Part shown: one piece after another, positions 60,401 through 64,000 of the stretch | Position numbering within the stretch: position 1 is the first letter of the stretch | Layout of the letters: the number at the start of each line of letters is the position of its first letter | Assembly (NCBI GenBank): GCA_965202585.1 | Contig: OZ241834.1 | Location: 30,752,001 to 30,816,000 of the forward strand | Source: Thalia democratica | Taxonomy: Eukaryota | Direction: 5' to 3' | Length of the DNA: 64,000 nt | Notes under the pieces: generated by a model | Databases searched by the model: none | Seen by the model: the letters and a program-made list of their open reading frames with translations, nothing else | What the model was told of the DNA's origin: nothing | Program-made: the position numbers and the translations under genes

Positions 60401-62068
60401 AGAGTTTTTAAAGGTAAAACATGTTTTTGTAGTAAATAAAAGTAACCTTTGAAATCTTTTAAGTTTTGGACTTAGATTATATATTAAATTACAACTTAAA
60501 ATATACTCAAAAAAAGAAAAACTTGTACACAACACAAAGTTGTTAAGTGATTACATTAATATGAATATAAATTTGAATTACTTTGAAGACTGTTGCCTTC
60601 TTTTGCCAGACTTAGCTCTTGCTCTTTTTTCTTTGATGGCGTTAACTGAATAAATAAAAAGTTTTAGCACACAGCATATATGTTTTACTATATATAACAA
60701 GATTCTCACTTTCGTCCAATCGCTGCTTAGACAAGGAAGGCTTGACATACTTGGGTTTAATTCTAAGTGGCTTTGCTTTAGGTCTGAAAATTTACATGGT
60801 TTTGTTTGTTATACATTTTTAACTGACTAAAGGAATTCTAGAATAATACTAAACCGTTTGTAATACACACAGCTTGTCATTTGAACGAAAAAATTTAATT
60901 TTAACAATAAAAATACAAATTAAGTTAGATTTGTTTTTCTAAATAAACAATTAAATACAGAATTAAAAAACTATTAGCACTATATTAGTCAAAAACTTGG
61001 TATTAGCAAAAACTTTTTAGAAAGTTTTTTTAATATTAGATTTGTAGCTAAATATTTTAAAGAGATCGTATTAGATTTTAAAATTATTAGATAAAAAATC
61101 ACACCAGTTATAATAAGATTTAAAATACTAGACAATTGATTTTAAATTAAATAAATTTTGCATATCTAATTATGTACAGTTACAAAGTACTAAACAAGTA
61201 TCAAAAATCAAATGGGTGCAGTAAAGTATATAAACAAAATACTACAATTGAAGTAAAGTCAATAAGTTTTTCAAATATTTTTACTGTAAGAGTAAAAAAT
61301 GACACATTCAAATTTTATATGTCTTTTCAACACTCAGTGTACTAATTTTAAAAAATATATTTTTTTTAAGAATCAAAAAATGTTTATGCAAATATTTTAA
61401 AAAATATTAGATTTAGTTATTGACACTCTAAAACAGCTAAATGACTGTAAACAATATTTTATATCAGAAGCTATATAAAGCAATCTAAAATAAAATAAAC
61501 CAAATTTACAAAAAAAATATAAGATTTTACTTATAAAACTTTTGAAATATAATGGGTTTATAGAGCGGCTTTTCAACATACCTTCTCTTGTACAACTCTT
61601 TTAGAGTTATGTCAGCAACCTGGGGGGTAATTGTGTTGGCAATTCGTTCTGAAGCAAACCTGTGGTGTCTCTTTTCCTTGTACGGGGAAAGGTAAGTCCA
61701 ATTCTTTTGCATAACAGGAGGATGATTGTTGTTGTTTTTAACAACCTAAAAAAAACAGTTTTTAAATAACAGCTTACACATTGTACAACTTAAAATTTCT
61801 ATTTTTTACTGAAACAGTTATAAAACTGTACTAAAGGACTAGAGAAAGGACCAGTATTTTTAATTCTAAATGACATAACTTTTATTTGAAAATAAAACAT
61901 TTCTTATATCAAATACGCTGAAAGTAGTGATAATTTCATATAAGCACTATTAGAAAAAGTATTATCAAACAGTGAGCAAACCTTGTATAAAGAAGTTTCC
62001 TTTTCATTTTGAGGAATTTTGGGCAGTGGGCGGATTTGACTACTGCTTTGGGCAGGACTTATAAGTCC
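12424..62068 (-). CDS. DNAH3: Axonemal inner-arm dynein heavy chain, DNAH3-like; multi-exon, 5' start exon not identified
   Basis: Exons in transcript order: 61982-62068, 61582-61745, 60710-60783, 60582-60645, 60086-60263, 58603-58792, 57707-57902, 57050-57134, 56360-56494, 56090-56194, 55312-55491, 54874-55010, 54086-54212, 53587-53747, 52919-53103, 52357-52480, 51786-51939, 51266-51413, 50713-50924, 50032-50123, [49551-49665 or 48473-48590], [46833-46949 or 46349-46465], 45415-45594, 44987-45123, 44272-44473, 43659-43862, 43229-43343, 42788-42986, 42074-42296, 36981-37157, 36284-36449, 35883-36029, 35606-35739, 35337-35414, 34927-35126, 34462-34582, 33938-34048, 33560-33682, 33185-33307, 32742-32925, 32401-32504, 32125-32227, 31130-31347, 30669-30781, 30177-30346, 29594-29789, 29172-29307, 28847-28972, 28323-28513, 27905-28086, 27433-27641, 27037-27149, 24473-24656, 24102-24224, 23848-23988, 23561-23678, 23054-23242, 22706-22851, 22292-22437, 21775-22040, 21318-21503, 20853-21025, 20411-20578, 19826-20083, 19436-19598, 18937-19156, 18310-18533, 17908-18023, 17408-17569, 17011-17127, 16657-16794, 16311-16436, 15808-15942, 15247-15485, 14577-14776, 14135-14261, 13681-13766, 12957-13163, 12424-12527. 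Sum 12177 nt (divisible by 3), ends ...[18 protein letters not shown]. The DNAH3 call rests on recalled subfamily signatures ([11 protein letters not shown], GDPxGGKT in AAA2, HWINRGVA C-terminus, N-terminal [16 protein letters not shown]); it needs a phylogeny against DNAH7/12 to confirm. Confidence 0.9.
17685..17807 (-). repeat. Dispersed structured element, copy 3, inside a dynein intron and sense to the gene
   Basis: Same core sequence; best-formed stems. Confidence 0.8.
22292..24224 (-). CDS. Dynein stalk coiled coil and microtubule-binding domain exons
   Basis: [73 protein letters not shown] are typical stalk/MTBD motifs. Confidence 0.9.
25196..25320. repeat. ~41-bp tandem repeat array (CCGGCCGGATTCTAATTTGAAAAAAAAGTCCGGATCCGGTT), about 3 units
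   Basis: Directly visible subterminal array of the hAT-like element. Confidence 0.85.
26672..26850. repeat. ~41-bp tandem repeat array, about 4 units, same unit as 25196-25320
   Basis: Directly visible; lies inside the inner 268-bp TIR-bounded unit. Confidence 0.85.
28323..35414 (-). CDS. Dynein AAA2-AAA4 module exons
   Basis: AAA2 P-loop GDPLGGKT (35337-35414); AAA3 P-loop GPT/GTGKS split across intron 31348-32124; AAA4 P-loop GVGGSGRK (28323-28513). Confidence 0.9.
31421..31795. mobile_element. hAT-type right-end remnant
   Basis: Ends TTGGCAACCCTG with multiple CCAGGTTTT subterminal repeats; no matching left TIR or TSD found. Confidence 0.5.
36981..42296 (-). CDS. Dynein AAA1 catalytic module exons (split by a 4.9-kb intron)
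   Basis: Walker A GPAGTGKT and Walker B CFDEFNR in exon 42074-42296; [19 protein letters not shown] in exon 36981-37157. Confidence 0.95.
37362..41941. mobile_element. 4.58-kb non-autonomous hAT (Buster-like) element filling most of the AAA1 intron
   Basis: 14-bp TIRs CAGTGGTCGGCACG / CGTGCCGACCACTG; perfect 8-bp TSD AACTAAAC (TA at positions 4-5); subterminal GGGTGCAC/GGTACAC repeats at both ends; no transposase ORF visible. Confidence 0.92.
41254..41325 (+). repeat. Dispersed structured element, copy 4 (divergent, partial, inside the Buster-like element)
   Basis: GGGTATGCAA-CTCGAT-GACC-GAGA-GGTC-TTT-TTGTGTATCC followed by AAGTCCTTCAACCAAAAATAACTTTTGGGC aligns with the consensus of copies 1-3. 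Confidence 0.65.
46349..46465 (-). CDS. Alternative dynein exon 22b (candidate mutually exclusive exon)
   Basis: CAG acceptor, phase 0/0, [45 protein letters not shown] donor; 117 nt; 20/39 identical to exon 22a. Confidence 0.9.
46833..46949 (-). CDS. Alternative dynein exon 22a (candidate mutually exclusive exon; not in the ORF track)
   Basis: TTTTTTTGTCAG acceptor, phase 0/0, [45 protein letters not shown] donor; 117 nt. Confidence 0.85.
47842..48155. mobile_element. hAT-type right-end remnant between the two alternative exon clusters
   Basis: TGGCAACCCTG at 48145-48155; repeated AACTTAGGTGAAAAAAA (near 47852 and 48099); no left TIR. Confidence 0.4.
48473..48590 (-). CDS. Alternative dynein exon 21b (candidate mutually exclusive exon)
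   Basis: CAG acceptor, phase 2 start, [39 protein letters not shown], phase 0 end, GTGAGA donor; 118 nt; 13/38 identical to exon 21a. Confidence 0.85.
49214..49483. mobile_element. Possible degenerate Charlie-like hAT MITE between exons 21a and 21b
   Basis: CAGTGATTTCCAAAC at 49214 and TTGAGAACCACTG ending 49483 resemble Charlie termini; no TSD match. Confidence 0.3.
49551..49665 (-). CDS. Alternative dynein exon 21a (candidate mutually exclusive exon)
   Basis: AAG acceptor, phase 2 start, [38 protein letters not shown], phase 0 end, GTAAAA donor; 115 nt. Confidence 0.9.
54329..54695. mobile_element. Degenerate Charlie-like hAT remnant
   Basis: Left end CAGCGATTCTTAACCTGGGG preceded by TTTTAAAT; right end eroded. 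Confidence 0.35.
54738..54859. repeat. Perfect 52-bp direct duplication (period 70) just inside an intron donor
   Basis: AAACAGCAGTTTTTAAGTTTAAAAGCTTAAGTTTTTTATATAATTTATAAAA at 54738-54789 and 54808-54859. Confidence 0.85.
59228..59935. mobile_element. 708-bp foldback MITE with TTAA target duplication and GG...CC termini (Kolobok-like)
   Basis: TTAA at 59224-59227 and 59936-59939; TIRs GGGCATAGGGGAAGT / reverse complement GGTCATAGGGGAGT; internal arms complementary (e.g. ATATATCTCTTCCTTCATTTTTGAGCAATT near 59457 vs AATTGCTCAAAAACTGAAGGAGGAGATAGAT near 59706). TTAA TSD with RR..YY termini is established for Kolobok; the assignment itself is inference. Confidence 0.75.
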
Positions 62069-63426
62069 CTGTGAACAAAATATTTTTTTTTGTACAAACC
62101 AATAACAAAATTAAGTAAAAAATATATAACTGTTCAAAATATAGTTTTAATTGTTTGCTAATAAAAGATCCTAGTAAAGTAACTTCACTGGAATATAAAT
62201 AAAAACAAATTATAATAACATTCAATATATAATATACATGTTACACCGAGTTTCTGTTACTTTTATTGCCTTCAGCGCCGTTAAGTTTTATTGAATTTTA
62301 TTGATTTACTAACTGATGGTTAATGTTTTATTTTTGTTCAGAATGGATTACATAAAAACAAAATTAATGTTCTTGCAGTACAAATTGAATAGTTTAGGTG
62401 GCCTCATTTACATTGTGACGTAATTATTAGTTGTAAAAATGTATTTTTTTCGTTAGTTAACAACCGTAAATTTTGATTTAGTTATCTTTCCTATTAACTT
62501 AAGTTGTTTGTTTATATTATATTTTGTTGTGTAATTTAGCTTACTTATTTATTTTAGACTTAATAATTACAAATATCATATAATTTTATAACAGTCGGAT
62601 TTAATGTTAAGTATTTCACCTATTAATAACTATTATCTGTAGAATATATCTTATTTTAATGAAAACATATATACACCTAATTTATTCTATGCTTCTATTC
62701 TCTCATTACAGTAATTATTTTTTTATTTTTTTACAGAACCCAGTTGAAGTGTGTTGATTCGTTGACACACAGAAACATATGTTGGTAGAATAAAGGAAGA
62801 TTACTGTATAATTTGTAAAAAATATATATATTTATTTATATAAAATTTAAATAAGTCCTTAAATACTCTGGTACAATGCTAAGCATTTTAAATTTTAAGT
62901 TTTTTTAATAACAATTTAAGTGACTGTTGTGTAGGCATTTGAAACTAATAAATAAACTATTGAAAACTTTATTCTTTAAGTATGAAAAACAAAAAATTAG
63001 ATTAGCTTAAAGTTTCAAATTGTTTTCTAATTTGCAAATAAATTAAAAACTACCTTTATGTTTTCCATTTTTGTATATTATAACCAAGAAAAATTTAATT
63101 CATTATATCTTTTAAAGCTGAAAAAATTTAAAAAATGTAAGTTATCAAACAAATTTAGTTATCCGATCCAACATTTTTCTACCATTTTAAAAGCTTTGCA
63201 CACCAAATTACTAGAAAATAACTTGTGTGTACACTGGATTATAAAAGTATAAATTAATTGCAAAAACACAATTTATTCATGTTTTGGGTGTCTATACAAA
63301 TAATGTGTTAAGAATTGCTATTTTATAGAAAAAATTATTATTAAAGAAAAATAAATCAACTAATAAACATTTTTTCAGTCTGAGAGTTGTTTTATGCAAG
63401 GTAAAATATTTTATTTGCACTCAATA

Positions 63427-63742
63427 GAACAATTCCTAAAAAGTTAAAGTTAAATGCTTTAAAAATGAAGGAGGAGATAGACTTTAAATACTTTTTATTT
63501 TTGAGAAAACTGACCTTGAAAAGTTTCTATTCTTATTTCTTATTTATAATATTTTTTATTTGTATTTGTGTTGATCACTGGGTTTAAATCTTATAACATT
63601 CAACTCAGAGAGTATGATTATGTCTCTAAATTTAATTGATTATTTTTTGTTTTTTTTAAGTGCCTTATAGTATCTACTATAAGCTTTCGAATTAGTCTTA
63701 ATATTAACTATTGAAAAAATAAAGTTGGACCCCCTTATGGTC
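63427..63742. mobile_element. Partial (right-half) copy of the same foldback family
   Basis: AAAAATGAAGGAGGAGATAGA near 63461 matches the 59228-59935 interior; ends CCCCCTTATGGTC followed by TTAA. Confidence 0.55.
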
Positions 63743-64000
63743 TTAATCATTTACATTGTTTTTGTTTATTTAACTTCCTTTAATTAATAAAATAAAAATT
63801 GCAAAAACTTTTAAATTCCACTCATTTTTGACATTTAATATGTATTTTACAAGGGAGGGTAACCTCAAATAGTGTGTACTTTGTGCATCACTACTGTATA
63901 TACTTTGAAAAACTTCTTACTTAAGAATTCAAGTATCGTACTTTGTATATCTATTAAAAATTATTAGACTGCATGCAGCTGTAGCTTCTTAGTTACGAAG

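Noticed and set aside
62069-63000. Searched for an RFX X-box expected upstream of a ciliary gene
   Set aside because: No convincing GTTNCCATGGNAAC-like palindrome was seen; no promoter element is called.
4423-63252. Many short ORF-track entries (e.g. 4423-4702, 11922-12140, 32532-32819, 41400-41585, 47600-47809, 61397-61579, 63058-63252 and ORFs antisense to dynein exons)
   Set aside because: Low-complexity K/F/L/N-rich products of AT-rich DNA, or antisense shadows of GC3-rich exons; not genes.

Overview
AT-rich eukaryotic (animal-like) genomic DNA with two convergent intron-containing genes, which I reconstructed exon by exon by hand. (1) A complete 9-exon M14A zinc procarboxypeptidase on the + strand (7058-11593, 434 aa, all catalytic residues intact). 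(2) A nearly complete axonemal inner-arm dynein heavy chain of the DNAH3 type on the - strand (62068 down to stop at 12424): 79 exons per transcript, about 4058 codons in one frame, all introns GT-AG, start-codon exon not found. The most striking observation is two consecutive pairs of duplicated, phase-matched, deeply diverged exons at the dynein neck/linker junction (49551-49665 vs 48473-48590; 46833-46949 vs 46349-46465). They look like mutually exclusive exon clusters and allow up to four motor isoforms. The second is a dispersed ~120-bp element (4 copies) whose hairpin shows compensatory base changes, conserved G-U pairs and a GNRA loop, alongside an AAG|GTA donor-like site and an Sm-like site; it could be SL-RNA/snRNA-like or a SINE. 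Introns carry several non-autonomous DNA transposons with verifiable TIRs and TSDs (hAT/Buster types, TTAA-flanked Kolobok-like foldbacks, one nested insertion). Splice signals are unusually relaxed and GC3 varies strongly between exons. The organism cannot be identified from the sequence alone. All counts are manual.
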